Source of the DNA: Macrostomum lignano | Lineage: Eukaryota | Reading direction: 5' to 3' | NCBI GenBank assembly: GCA_002269645.1 | Contig: NIVC01000166.1 | Span: 1 to 64,000 of the forward strand | Length of the DNA: 64,000 nt | In this document: in pieces, positions 34,901 through 46,310 of the stretch | Layout: every line of letters begins with the position of its first letter | Numbering within the stretch: the stretch's first letter is position 1 | Notes under the pieces: generated by a model | Seen by the model: only the letters and a program-made list of their open reading frames with translations | Database searches by the model: none | Told to the model about the DNA's origin: nothing | Made by a program: the position numbers and the translations under genes

Positions 34901-37900
34901 GAGAGACACAAGTGGGGGAGAGCTGAGAGACAATTGGGGTAGAGGTGAGAGACACAATTGGTAGAGAGGTGAGAGACACAAATGGGGAGAGGTGAGAGAC
35001 AAATAGGGAGAGGTGAGAGAAACAAATAGGGAGAGGTGAGAGACAAATGGAAGAGAGGTGAGAGACACAATTGGTGGAGAGGTGAGAGACACAATTGGTG
35101 GAGAGGTGAGAGACACAAATAGGGAGAGGTGAGAGACACAAATGGAAGAGAAATGAGAGACACATGGAGGAGAGGTGAGGCCGTAGGAAGAATAGCTCCC
35201 GATCCGGTCTAGACCACCGAACAACCGCAGGAGCTGAACGCCACGGAAAGCCGCATCTCGGACACCCTGGACCAGATGAATTCGGCCGCTGAGCAGGCGG
35301 AATTCTTCGCCGATTTCGCTTCCAACCCTCAGCAGTTCCTCACCAGCGCTCTGTTGAAAAGCGGCGGTGCTAACTCGACAAGTCAGCAACAGCCGCAGTC
35401 GCAGAGGCAGCAGCAGCCGCAGGCTGATCCAGACAAAGAGCGTCGAGCCGCCTTCTTTCAGGGCGGCTGGCTACCGGAGGCTACGGCAATATATTTTGCC
35501 GAAAAGGTTGGTTTTTTAGAAGCTAAAATGGCTTATTCAACTTAAAAGGTTATCGTAATAAGGTCATACTTAAAAGTGTCTGTAGATAGATCCCAGTGTC
35601 TGTATATAGATCCCAGTGTCTGTATATAGATCCCAGTGTCTGTATATAGATCCCAGTGTCTGTATATAGATCCCAGTGTCTGTATATAGATCCCAGTGTC
35701 TGTAGATAGATCAAGTGTAGATAGATCCCTGTGTCTGTAGATATATCCAGTTTCTGTATATAGATTTCAGTGTCTGTAGATAGATCCCAGTGTCTGCAGA
35801 TATATCCTGTGTCTGTAGATAGATCCCAGTGTCTGCAGATATATCCTGTGTCTGTAGATAGATCCCAGTGTCTGCAGATATATCCTGTGTCTGTAGATAG
35901 ATCTCAGTGCTGTAGATAGATTTCAGTGTCTGTAGATAGATCCCAGTGTCTGTAGATGGATCCTAGTGTCTGTAGATAGATTTCAGTGTCTGTAGATAGA
36001 TCCCAGTGTCTGCAGATATATCCTGTGTCTGTAGATAGATCCCAGTGTCTGCAGATATATCCTGTGTCTGTAGATAGATCCCAGTGTCTGCAGATATATC
36101 CTGTGTCTGTAGATAGATCTCAGTGCTGTAGATATATTTCAGTGTCTGTAGATAGATCCCAGTGTCTGTAGATGGATCCTAGTGTCTGTAGATAGATTTC
36201 AGTGTCTGTAGATAGATCCCAGTGTCTGTAGATAGATCTCAGTGCTGTAGATAGATTTCAGTGTCTGTTGATAGTTTTCAATGTCTTTAGATAGATTACA
36301 GTGTCTTTAGATGTATCCAGTGTCTGTAGATAGATCTCAGTGCTGTAGATAGATTTCAGTGTCTGTTGATAGTTTTCAATGTCTTTAGATAGATTACAGT
36401 GTCTTTAGATGTATCCATTGTCTGTAGATAGATCTCAGTGCTGTAGATAGATTTCAGTGTCTGTTGATAGTTTTCAATGTCTTTAGATAGATTACAGTGT
36501 CTTTAGATGTATCCAGTGTCTGTAGATAGATCTCAGTGCTGTAGATAGATTTCAGTGTCTGTTGATAGTTTTCAATGTCTTTAGATAGATTACAGTGTCT
36601 TTAGATGTATCCAGTGTCTGTAGATAGATTTCAGTGCTGTAAATAGATTTCAGTGTCTGTAGATAGTTTTCAATGTCTTTAGATAGATTACAGTGTCTTT
36701 AGATGTATCCATTGTCTGTAGATAGATCTCAGTGCTGTAGATAGATTTCAGTGTCTTGATAGTTTTCAATGTCTTTAGATAGATTACAGTGTCTTTAGAT
36801 GTATCCAGTGTCTGTAGATAGATCTCAGTGCTGTAGATAGATTTCAGTGTCTGTTGATAGTTTTCAATGTCTTTAGATAGATTACAGTGTCTTTAGATAT
36901 ATCCATTGTCTGTAGATAGATCTCAGTGCTGTACATAGATTTCAGTGTCTGTAGATAGATCCCAGTGTCTGTAGATGGATCCTAGTGTCTGTAGATAGAT
37001 CTCAGTGCTGTAGATAGATTTCAGTGTCTGTTGATAGTTTTCAATGTCTTTAGATAGATTACAGTGTCTTTAGATAGATCTCAGTGCTGTAGATAGATTT
37101 CAGTGTCTGTTGATAGTTTTCAATGTCTAGATAGGTTACAGTGTCTTTAGATATATCCAGTGTCTGTAGATAGATCTCAGTGCTGTAGATAGATTTCAGT
37201 GTCTGTAGATAGATTTCAGTGTCTGTAGATAGTTTTCAATGTCTTTAGATAGATTCCAGTGTCTTTAGATATATCCATTGTCTGTAGATAGATCTCAGTG
37301 CTGTAGATAGATTTCAGTGTCTGTAGATAGTTTTTAATGTCTTTAGATAGATTCTAGTGTCTGTAGATGGATCCTAGTGTCTGTAGATAGATTCCAGTTT
37401 CTGTAGATATATCCCGTGTCTGTAGATAGATCTCAGTGCTGTAGATAGATTTCAGTGTCTCTAGATGGATCCTAGTGTCTGTAGATAGATTTCAGTGTCG
37501 GTAGATAGTTTTCAATGTCTTTAGATAGATTCCAGTGTCTGTAGATAGATCCCTGTGTCTGTAGATATATCCAGTGTCCGTAGATAGATTACAGTGTTTC
37601 TAGATTTATTTTAAGGTCCTAATATGGGCCACAGGGTCTTAAAAGTATGTTCTAGTGCTGTTAGATGGGTTTCTACATATCTTATGATTGTCGCACTCTA
37701 AGTAAATGTCGTGTCTATAAAATTAGCGTCTAGATTTTTTGGCTCTTTAGGTGGGTTCTAAGATCTTAATATGCGTTCCAGGATGTCAATATAGCACCCA
37801 TGATCTCAAAATGGGTTCCAGGGCACTGCTTCCTGTATTAAACACTACTTGATAATGCGAGCTTTTTTATTTCAGATTGACAAGCGACGCCAAGAGCTTG

Positions 37901-37923
37901 AGGAGCTACTTGGAATCCCGTGA
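22936..37923 (+). CDS. SMARCD1: SWI/SNF subunit BAF60/SMARCD (SWIB domain), 5 exons: 22936-23464, 29053-29330, 34227-34685, 35213-35506, 37876-37923 (535 aa)
   Basis: Motifs [39 protein letters not shown] region, [35 protein letters not shown]. All junctions are GT-AG and phase-consistent (1608 nt). It cannot be assigned to a specific vertebrate paralog. Confidence 0.92.
23581..24924 (+). repeat. 32-bp minisatellite in SMARCD intron 1
   Basis: About 40 copies of GAGACCCACTGACACTGAAGCCTGACAGATAT. Confidence 0.95.
24925..28914 (-). mobile_element. hAT-superfamily DNA transposon in SMARCD intron 1
   Basis: TIR CAGTGTTGCCA(A/C)TC at both ends; near-perfect 8-bp TSD (CACTGAAG vs CGACTGAAG); decayed transposase inside. 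Confidence 0.85.
25800..28150 (-). pseudogene. hAT transposase remnant
   Basis: Fragments in several frames: [17 protein letters not shown] zinc finger; FDES; [11 protein letters not shown]; CTLH; HWLVL; HGNADSERF dimerisation motif. Stops and frameshifts lie between them. Confidence 0.85.
29570..29875 (+). repeat. 25-bp/12-bp minisatellite near the 5' end of SMARCD intron 2
   Basis: (CTCGCTCATTCTCTCGCTACTGTTA)n, the reverse complement of the array at 32123-33390. Confidence 0.95.
29885..30150. repeat. AT-rich low-complexity DNA containing a short GAGAATGAGC array (~29967-30012)
   Basis: Almost pure A/T runs interrupted by inverted 12-bp units. Confidence 0.8.
30456..31773 (-). mobile_element. 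Mariner (DD34D) transposon in SMARCD intron 2
   Basis: Right TIR ...GTTGCCAAAACTTTTTGAATGCCCCTCG followed by TA; eroded left TIR AAAAAGTTTTGGCAACTG at ~30462-30479. Confidence 0.9.
30524..31587 (-). pseudogene. Mariner transposase with a single frameshift at a T8 run (A8 on +, 31088-31095)
   Basis: HTH region, [31 protein letters not shown]; ORFs 31587-30925 and 31099-30524 join with a -1 shift. Confidence 0.93.
32123..33390 (+). repeat. 25-bp/12-bp minisatellite (inverted partner of 29570-29875)
   Basis: (GAGAGAATGAGCGAGTAACAGTAGC)n. Confidence 0.95.
33554..34168 (+). repeat. 29-bp minisatellite at the 3' end of SMARCD intron 2
   Basis: (AATATCTGTCAGGCTTCAGTAGGTCTCAT)n, inverted relative of the intron-1 array. 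Confidence 0.95.
34755..35180 (+). repeat. GA-rich ~20-22-bp minisatellite filling SMARCD intron 3
   Basis: (GAGAGGTGAGAGACACAAATGGG)n variants. Confidence 0.9.
35575..37600 (+). repeat. ~20-bp minisatellite with higher-order structure in SMARCD intron 4
   Basis: (AGATAGATCCCAGTGTCTGT)n variants arranged in recurring blocks. Confidence 0.92.
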
Positions 37924-40189
37924 ATTATAGAATTGCTGTCGCCCTGAGCTTGCTAGTGCTGCTTTTTGTATTTAGGTATTTATAAATATTACATAAACAT
38001 TACAATACATGACTTCTATACTCATCCATAAATTCGAATGTTTACTATCTTGTTTTCAATTAATTATGTAAGTTGTGGCGCTTTTTGTAAATATAAATTT
38101 ACAATTGTTTAATGCTAAGCAAAATATACTTCGTGTTTTAAATATACGCTGTGCAGCTGCGTAGCAGCCATGCAGACTATTAGCACCTATTTCGTAACTG
38201 ATGCTGGCCAGAATTTTATTAGCTTCTTTGTTCTTGCCGGATTTCATTGTAAATACGCTTGTTATCGAAAAGTTTGAATTAAGACGAACTTCGACGCAGT
38301 CAGTACCGAATAGTTATAAGCATAATGCTCCATAGGTTGCTTTCTTTTGGTATGCCAAGCATTTTTTGTATTGAAAATTTATGTACTGTACCTGGTATCT
38401 GATCTGTCTAGTTGACTTGCACATCGATCTGTACGTTTAGCCTGGTCATGATGCCGCAGTCATGTTCGAAATCCGATTTCTGTTCAACACTTACCAGCCT
38501 ACAAACTGCATCCTGCTAACATGCAAAAAGTCGAAATGGTGGTTATTGATTCATCAAGCTGTAACTTAATTTAAATCATTACAGCCTCCACGCATCCACG
38601 ACTGCATGTACGTTCTGTCATCTGATGTGAGGTGACGCAAAATGGGAAGCTCAGCAAAATCATTAGTGGTGTTAGAAGAAAAACTCGGAGAAATCATTAA
38701 CTTGCATAATTTGCTTTTAATAGAATGTCTACAACAGGGAGGACGCGGCTGTTGTCAGAAAGTTTTCGGGTCTAAACTATAAGGAACGGGGTTTTAGCCG
38801 TGGTTTTATGCACTTTTAAAACAAAGCTCTAAAGGCAGTAATTAAAAATATACTGCTGGTAAGTCTTATGTGTAACTTATTTTTTATTGAAAAAAGAGCT
38901 CGAATCGGCTATTTGATTATTAAATCATATTTCCTAAGCGAATAACAGAGTACGTTGGTTCAGCTTAATTTACAGTTTCGCTTGTAAATTTCATTCAATC
39001 TAAAATCAAGTTCCCTCGTTCCTTATAATACGATATTACTGCGCTCATTCCATTAGTAGCCTTTGACTCAGTCAAACGTATTGTAAAAAATTAAAGACTG
39101 AGGCAGATAAATTAATATTATAGACAGGGCTTTATTTAGATTAAGGCGCTATGCAATGCCAAAATCAGGTTTATTATTAAGTTTCGGTAGCTTAGTTTGT
39201 TTAACCTAGCCTATTCCTAGGGCCTACGGCCTATGCCCTATCCTAGTGGCTGTCGAAGTCCTAGAGTTCTAGTAGTTATCTTTGACCTAAAAATAAATTG
39301 AAATCTATATTTACTACACCTTTTCAGTCTTTTATAAAGTAGGCCTAGTTAAAAAAGTTTTGCTATATTAATTATTAGGCCTACAGTCTACTTACTTAGA
39401 CCTAAATAGGCCTAGTAGGCCTAGTTATGTCATGGCTTATATATGACCCTAGCAAAATTGACAATTGCTGAAAAATAGTTGTCTAGGCCTAGTAATTGAA
39501 AATGAAATAGAGTTAAACAAGATTTAAATAATAATGCAGTAAGAGACAATATCTAGTATAGTAATAGTAGGCCTCTATAAAAATAAATTATTATATATTT
39601 TGGTAATAATAATTAAATTTAGGCCCTATTGTTAAAGTTAGTATAATGATATATTATATTATTGATAAGGCCTATTATTCAAGGCTAGGACCTAGGCTAG
39701 GTCTAACCTATTTTTATAGGCCTAGGGCCTATCAATATCTTAATTGAAACTTTTTTTCCTAGCTATATTTTGCCTATTGTAGGCCTAAGTCTAGTCAAAC
39801 CACTGGGACTTAGCTAGGTTGAAAATATCTATTATCTTCTTGCTAAGTTTATCTAATACTAATAGGCTAAATTTTTATCTTTAGCCTTATATAAATGGTT
39901 TTTCTAAATAGTTTACTTTTAGTGCTTACAAGCTGTTGAAAACTGCGGATTTTGAACCTATGGAATTCTCATCTCCACAACTATTTTTGCATGTATTCTA
40001 CTATCTGAAGTCACACTAAAAAAACTTGTTAATAGTTAGGATAGAGATAAACATAAAATGGAGTAAATTTATATAAAATTAGGCCTAAGATTTAAGGCAA
40101 GTATTTATTTTGCTAGTTGAGGTGCTATGCAGAATGTTAGGCAATGTCTGTTTGACTCTTAAACATGTATTGGCAGACTTTGGCCTCTG

Positions 40190-41195
40190 CCTCTCCCTCT
40201 TCCTACATCCCTTGGATCTTTTGAAACTTCTATTTTCTTTTCTTCTTTCTTCTTTCTCGTCTTTAGTATTTCCTCTCATCTTTTTTCTTTTTTCCTTTCT
40301 CTTTTCTACTCTTTTTCTCTCTCCTCTCTTCTCTTTTCTCATCTATCCTCTTTTATCTCTTCTTTCTATTCTCTTCTCACTCCTCACTCTCCCCTCTCTT
40401 AACACTTCCTTCTTCTCTCACTCTCTTCTCTCTTCTCTTAACTCTCTCCTCTACTCTCTTATCTCTCCTCTCTACTCTTTCCTTTCTCTTTCTTCTCTCT
40501 ACTCTTTCCTTTCTCCCTTCTCCTTTCTACTCTCTCTCCATTCTCTATGACCAATGACCATTCTCTTTTCTCTCCTCTATCCTGACTCACTTCTCTCTCC
40601 CTTTGTCTCTGCTCTCTCCTTTGGTATCTGTAATCTCATCTCTCTTAACTCTTACCTCTTATCTCTCCTTTTCTTCTCTACTCTCCCATCTCTTGTCTAT
40701 TCACTCTTGTCTCTGCTCTCTTATCTCCTTACTCTCATCTGTAATCTTTACTCTTTTATATGTTCTTTCACCTCTGTACTCTTTCTTTCCTCTCTTTTGA
40801 CACCTAACTTTTCTTTCTCCTTTCTTTTCTCTTCTCTTCCTTCTTTTGTACTCTCTACCTCTCTTGTCTCATGTCTTCTCTTTCTACTTTCCTTTCTCCT
40901 CCTTCATCTCTTATCTCTAATTTCTTATCTCTCCTTATATCCCTCTTATTTCTACAACCTTATCTCTTTCCTCTTCCCTTTACTCTCATCTCCCCTTTCA
41001 CCTCTCTCCTCTAATCTGCAGCTCTCTGCTTTCATCTCTACTCTCCTCTCTCCTCTCTACTGTCTTCTCTCTCATTGCATCTCTCTTATCTTACTTCTCT
41101 CTCCTCTCTTCTTCCCTGTCTGTCCTATTATCTATATTATATCTTATCCCCTCTCTTGCCGTAGCTCTCTTTCTAATCATCTATTCCTTCTTTCC
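40190..41195. repeat. CT-rich low-complexity tract
   Basis: About 1 kb of degenerate TCTC/TTCT runs. Confidence 0.9.
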
Positions 41196-41642
41196 ATGAG
41201 CTAGATTCTTTATCTGGCCTTTAAGGTAAAAGTCTGCCCATCCCTGCTTGGAAAGCCAGTTTGTAGGATGTAGTACTCTCATGGTTGTTCTCAGGCTTAG
41301 ATCATGTCATCTTTCTTTCTTGCCAATTTGCAGCCCTGAAAGGAATTTGTATATCTTCAGCTCCACTGCAGTCTGCATCAGTCTAACAACCAAGGAAATA
41401 CACATTTCTTAGAAGGCCATTTAAATTTTAAAGTACCTTTAAGAGAAACCTTAAATTTCCATGGTATGACTAATTTAGTAGGGTTGTATTGCTTTGCATC
41501 AATTTTCATAAATCTTTCACTTTTACAAATGATGCTGGATTGTCTTGATTTGCCAATTGCCATCCACTGTTAAACTGTTGCAGAGTTTGCCAATATAGAG
41601 GGCAGTGGTTAGAATCTAGTCTAGTATTCTAAAAATAAAAAT

Positions 41643-41860
<218 letters not shown>

Positions 41861-42674
41861 TCTTACTAAACTGTCATGGCTTAATGTAGCCTCTCCTCCA
41901 ACTCTTGGGGTGCAGATAAGGCTTTAAATAAAGTTATTCTAAAACACTGTACATTGGCCATTGCTATGTATATTCAGCTCTATTGCCTGACCCTTGGTCT
42001 GGCTCTGGGGGAATGAGTGAGTGAGTGGCACAAACAACAGAAAAAGCAGACAAACTTCACATGCTTACAGTTTCTGTTCTGATTGAGTTAAAGAGTTGAA
42101 ACTTTATATTTAGATAGAGAATGAGTCAATGAAGAATTGTGTCAAGTTTAAAGTCATTTGCTTCATATCGAGCAAACTTATGGCAGCGCTAAAAGTTAGT
42201 CAATTTTGAAACCCTTTTACATATCTGGGCCTAGATCGGGAAAGAGAGGCAGGCGGACAGAAGTTGCGTGGTTGCTATGCTGAAAAAAACAGCCTAACTT
42301 TAAAAGAAGAAGACAGAGAAAAAAGTCAAAAGGTAATCAAATTGATAAGACATTGAGGGCTACAAATACATTTTGCACTGTCTACAAAATACTATGAGGG
42401 CTGTCCCAAAAGTAGTATTACTTTTCATTATATCTTGTAACAGGCCTTTTAGCTCTCTCTAGAAATCCTACTAATGCCACCAAAGTTGTCGTAGTGGTGC
42501 TCCTCTATGGTATAGAATCCCACCGCTTAGTCATTGTCAAAGGGCTAACCTTCTGTCTATAAATAATGCCACCAAAGTTGTTATAGGGTACTCTTCTATT
42601 TCCTATTATTGAATATCCTATCACCAAAGTTATAACAGATTAATTCTTTTTACTGATCTTACTGGTTATTACTA

Positions 42675-42845
42675 GTAGCGTATGTACTTCTATTGGTAGC
42701 ATATATACTTCTATTGGTAGCATATGTACTTCTATTGGTAACGTATATACTTCTATTGGTAGCATATGTACTTCTATTGGTAGCATATGTACTTCTATTG
42801 GTAGCATATGTACTTCTATTGGTAGCGTATGTACTTCTATTGTAC
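42675..42845. repeat. 21-bp minisatellite
   Basis: About 8 copies of TACTTCTATTGGTAGCATATG. Confidence 0.9.
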
Positions 42846-43755
42846 TTTCTGGCCTGAGCAGTCTTTAGGCACTGTCTATCCTATTCCTATACCCTTCTAA
42901 AGATATTATTCTCTGAGTCCTGGGCATTCCCTAGATCAGAGGGTCACAGCTTACTGGCTGGGTGGGTATTCTGCCCTGATGCGGGTTTCTCAGACCCTGT
43001 GGTAAGAATCCTGCCTTCTAAAGATGATTTCTCAGATTCTAGATCTAGATTTCTCGTTCTTCTGAGAATGGTTTGAACTCTCCCAATTTTGGGGCTTCTT
43101 AATGCTTCTACCTTACCTAAATAACTAAGTCAGTAAGTATTGAACAAGGCTTCAATTTTGAGATACTAGAACAATTTCAAGCTTGAAGCAAGCAGCGGAC
43201 AAGTTGGTTTCTTTCTGGTTCTGCTTGTGTATTTATACCCTTTTCTCAGTTTGGGTTAAAAAAATTTCATAATATTTATAATATTTACAATATTACTGAT
43301 ATTATACTCATTAAAACAAAAATAGCCTAGTTTCAAATACAATACTTTCTAAGAAAAGGAGCAATGCTAAATAAGGCCTATCTCATCTCTTGTTTTACTA
43401 ATCCAAATAATATAATTTTGAATAGATTTATAGTCACAACTCTCCTTTTCATATTAACTTTATTAGATCACTAAAAACAGACAATGGAAACAAAAATTAT
43501 AAACTAAAATGCAGCAAGAACTTGAGCATAGACTTATAGGAAGTCAATAAGCTAGCAAAAAGTAGCTCATATTTTTGATTGAATATATTAAACTTCTTTG
43601 TTTAGCTACTGTGACAAACAGATATCTAAAAAAACTTGGAGAAGCATATAACTTTTAAAGCAACAGAATATTTCAAACTGGGCTTCAGCTTTACTATTTA
43701 AGTGTAACACTACATTGTCTTTAGGCTAAAATGTTTTTTTACTATTTGTCATGCC

Positions 43756-44590
43756 GGGTTGCTTTCACAAGCCCTAAATTTCACAACGTCGCAAGACACA
43801 AACTTTCATAAGCTCTAAATTTCATAAACCCTAATTTTCACATCATTGAAAAGTTGTGCACAGTATTTCATAAGCTCTAAATTTCACAAGCTCTAAATTT
43901 CACAACGTCAAAAACAAAACTTGCATCAGACTGCATAAACTATAAATTTTACAAGCCCTAAATTTCACAAGCCATACTTTTCATAAGACCTAATTTTCAC
44001 AACGTCGAAAAGTTGTGCACAGAATTTCATAAGCTCTAAATTTCACAAGCTCTAAATTTCATAAGCTCTAAATTTCACAAGCTCTAAATTTCACAAGTTC
44101 TAAATTTCACAATGTAGAAAAACACTATAGAGATACAATCTTTCACAGGACCTAAATTTCACAATGCCTAAAAACACTATGGCTTTTAGACATTGTGAAA
44201 TTTAGGTCTTGTGAAAAATTGTATCTCCATAGTGCTTTTAGGCGTTGTGAAATTTAGGTCTTGTGAAAGATTGTATCTCCATAGTGTTTTTAGGCATTGT
44301 GAAATTTAGAGCTTGTGAAATTTAGAGCTTCTGAAAATAGAAGCAAATTTAATTTTTGACGTTGTGATATTTAGGGTTTGTGAAATTTAGAGATAGTGAA
44401 ATTTAGGGCTTTTGAAATTCTGTGCATGCTTTTTAGGTGTTATGAAATTTAGGGCTTGTGAAGTTTAGGTCTTGTGAAATCTGCTGAATTGCTTATTTTC
44501 GACGTTGTGAAAATTAGGGTTTATGAAATATAGGTCTTATGAAAGGTTCTGGTTTCGACATTGTGAAAATCAGGGTTTGTGAAACGACCC
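43756..44590. mobile_element. Mutator-like foldback element (non-coding, nearly fully palindromic)
   Basis: GGGT...ACCC termini, perfect 9-bp TSD TGTCATGCC (43747-43755, 44591-44599), arms of inverted TTTCACAAGCTCTAAA subrepeats meeting near 44180. Confidence 0.9.
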
Positions 44591-45997
44591 TGTCATGCCA
44601 AAATATAGTGAAAAATAGTATTCTTTTACCCTGCTGCATACATGCGCAATAGTTGGCCAAGTCGGCCAATCTGGCCAACCAATTTGGTAGCCAATCATGG
44701 AAGTTGCAAAAATGCCCACCCGAAAAAATACCAAAGTAGTAGTACTAACTACTTTGTACAAAAGTCCCTACCCTCAAGGAGAGGGTAGGGAGAGGTGGGT
44801 AGAGAGAGGTTGTTAGGGAGAGGTGGGTAGAGAGAGGTTGTTAGCTGACGAGGCATTTTGACTTAATAAGACAGTCATAGTTACTCCTGCCGTTTACCAA
44901 AGTTGCGTTAATTTTGCTTTAGGGTTTTTTTACATGTAAGTCGCATTTTTGGCCAAAAACTGTCGCACTTTTGTAAAAACTAAGTCACATGGCCAACCAA
45001 ATTTTGGAGGTTCCACATGTATATACCCTAGACTTTGGTTTTAAACATAAAACTTCAGCTTAATGAAATTAAATATTAGTATATACTGGTAAATACAAAC
45101 ACATTATCTTAAAAAACTGAAGTCAGGCTTGCCAACCCAAAGTTTATATGCAAATAGCTATTAAATTAAGTTCAGTAGTTAACCAAGACTAAGAAAAAGC
45201 AATTTTTCAATGAAAGACAACAGTTTTATTTTTGTTATAGGAATGTCAAATAATTATTTTCTCTCCTTTTGCTGCACTAAAAGTCATGGATATGCATTCA
45301 TGTTGCTCAGAGGAGTGTGATATATACCTAGGGCCCAGTTAAACTGAGATTCATGCTCAACTTTCATTGGCTCATGGATCTTAGCAGCCATTTACTGCAG
45401 TCATTTTGCAGAATTCACTGCAGCCAGTTACCCATTTGTCAGCTGTCTATGGTTGAGCTCCTGCTACATTTTAGTTTATAACTTTTGTTCCATTGTCTAT
45501 GTTTAATGATGTTTTAAAGTTAATATGAAAAAGAGTTTCCGCTATAAATCTGTGCAAAATTATGCTATTTGGATCAGCAGAATGAGAGATATAATGAAAA
45601 GTAACAATACTTTTGGGACAGCCCTCATATTCACAGCTGCATTCTTGCAACTATAGTTATCAAGAAAGAGTCCTAATACCCCATCTATAACATTTTTGCT
45701 AGGTATCACTAGGCTGGTGACACATTGCAACCATAGCAAGAAAGTTATAGGAAGTTACTCGTAGAATTTTTTTAGCTACAGATGTGGATATAGAAAAATT
45801 TAAATAAATGCTAGCAATCTAGCATTATTACTCATGGCATCCCAGGTCCAAATTCAGGATGCAAAAATTAAATTTGATGTTTCATGACTCATGCTATGAT
45901 GCAAGCAACCCAGCTTTTATGCATGATATACTAAACTAAGCATATAAATTTCAATGTTTAACCACCACAGTTAACAGCTCAGCTAAACGCAGCCAAC

Positions 45998-46277
45998 ATG
46001 CGACCAACAAAGGAAAGCCGTTCGGCCAGCAGCTGCACAAATGCTGGCACTAATTCAAAGTCTCCATCAAACAGTTCCTCTACTCGAGACAGCGCCAGCC
46101 CCCCTGCTCAGCACGGGCCCAGTGGTGGTGCAGGCTCCGTGAGGTTCAGCACTCAAAGTCCCCCGCTGATACAGCTGAGCCCTGCGCTGAGCCCACCACC
46201 CTACGATCTCAGGGAGAGACCGCGGAGGCGCCAAATTTCTAGCTTAGGTAGGACCGACCTGTGGCATTTTTATTGTC

Positions 46278-46310
<33 letters not shown>

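Larger units (their letters stand above)
42395..45627. mobile_element. Non-autonomous Tc1/mariner-type element
   Basis: About 41-bp TIRs TGAGGGCTGTCCCAAAAGTA.T.TTACTTTTCATTATATCT flanked by TA on both sides (42393-42394, 45628-45629); no transposase seen. Confidence 0.85.

Noticed and set aside
38380-38570. Exon-like minus-strand stretches with GT/AG signals
   Set aside because: There are stops in the tested frames and the implied intron is only 15 nt.
41230-41620. Coding-looking minus-strand segment (61-aa ORF)
   Set aside because: No recognisable motif and no consistent splice partners.
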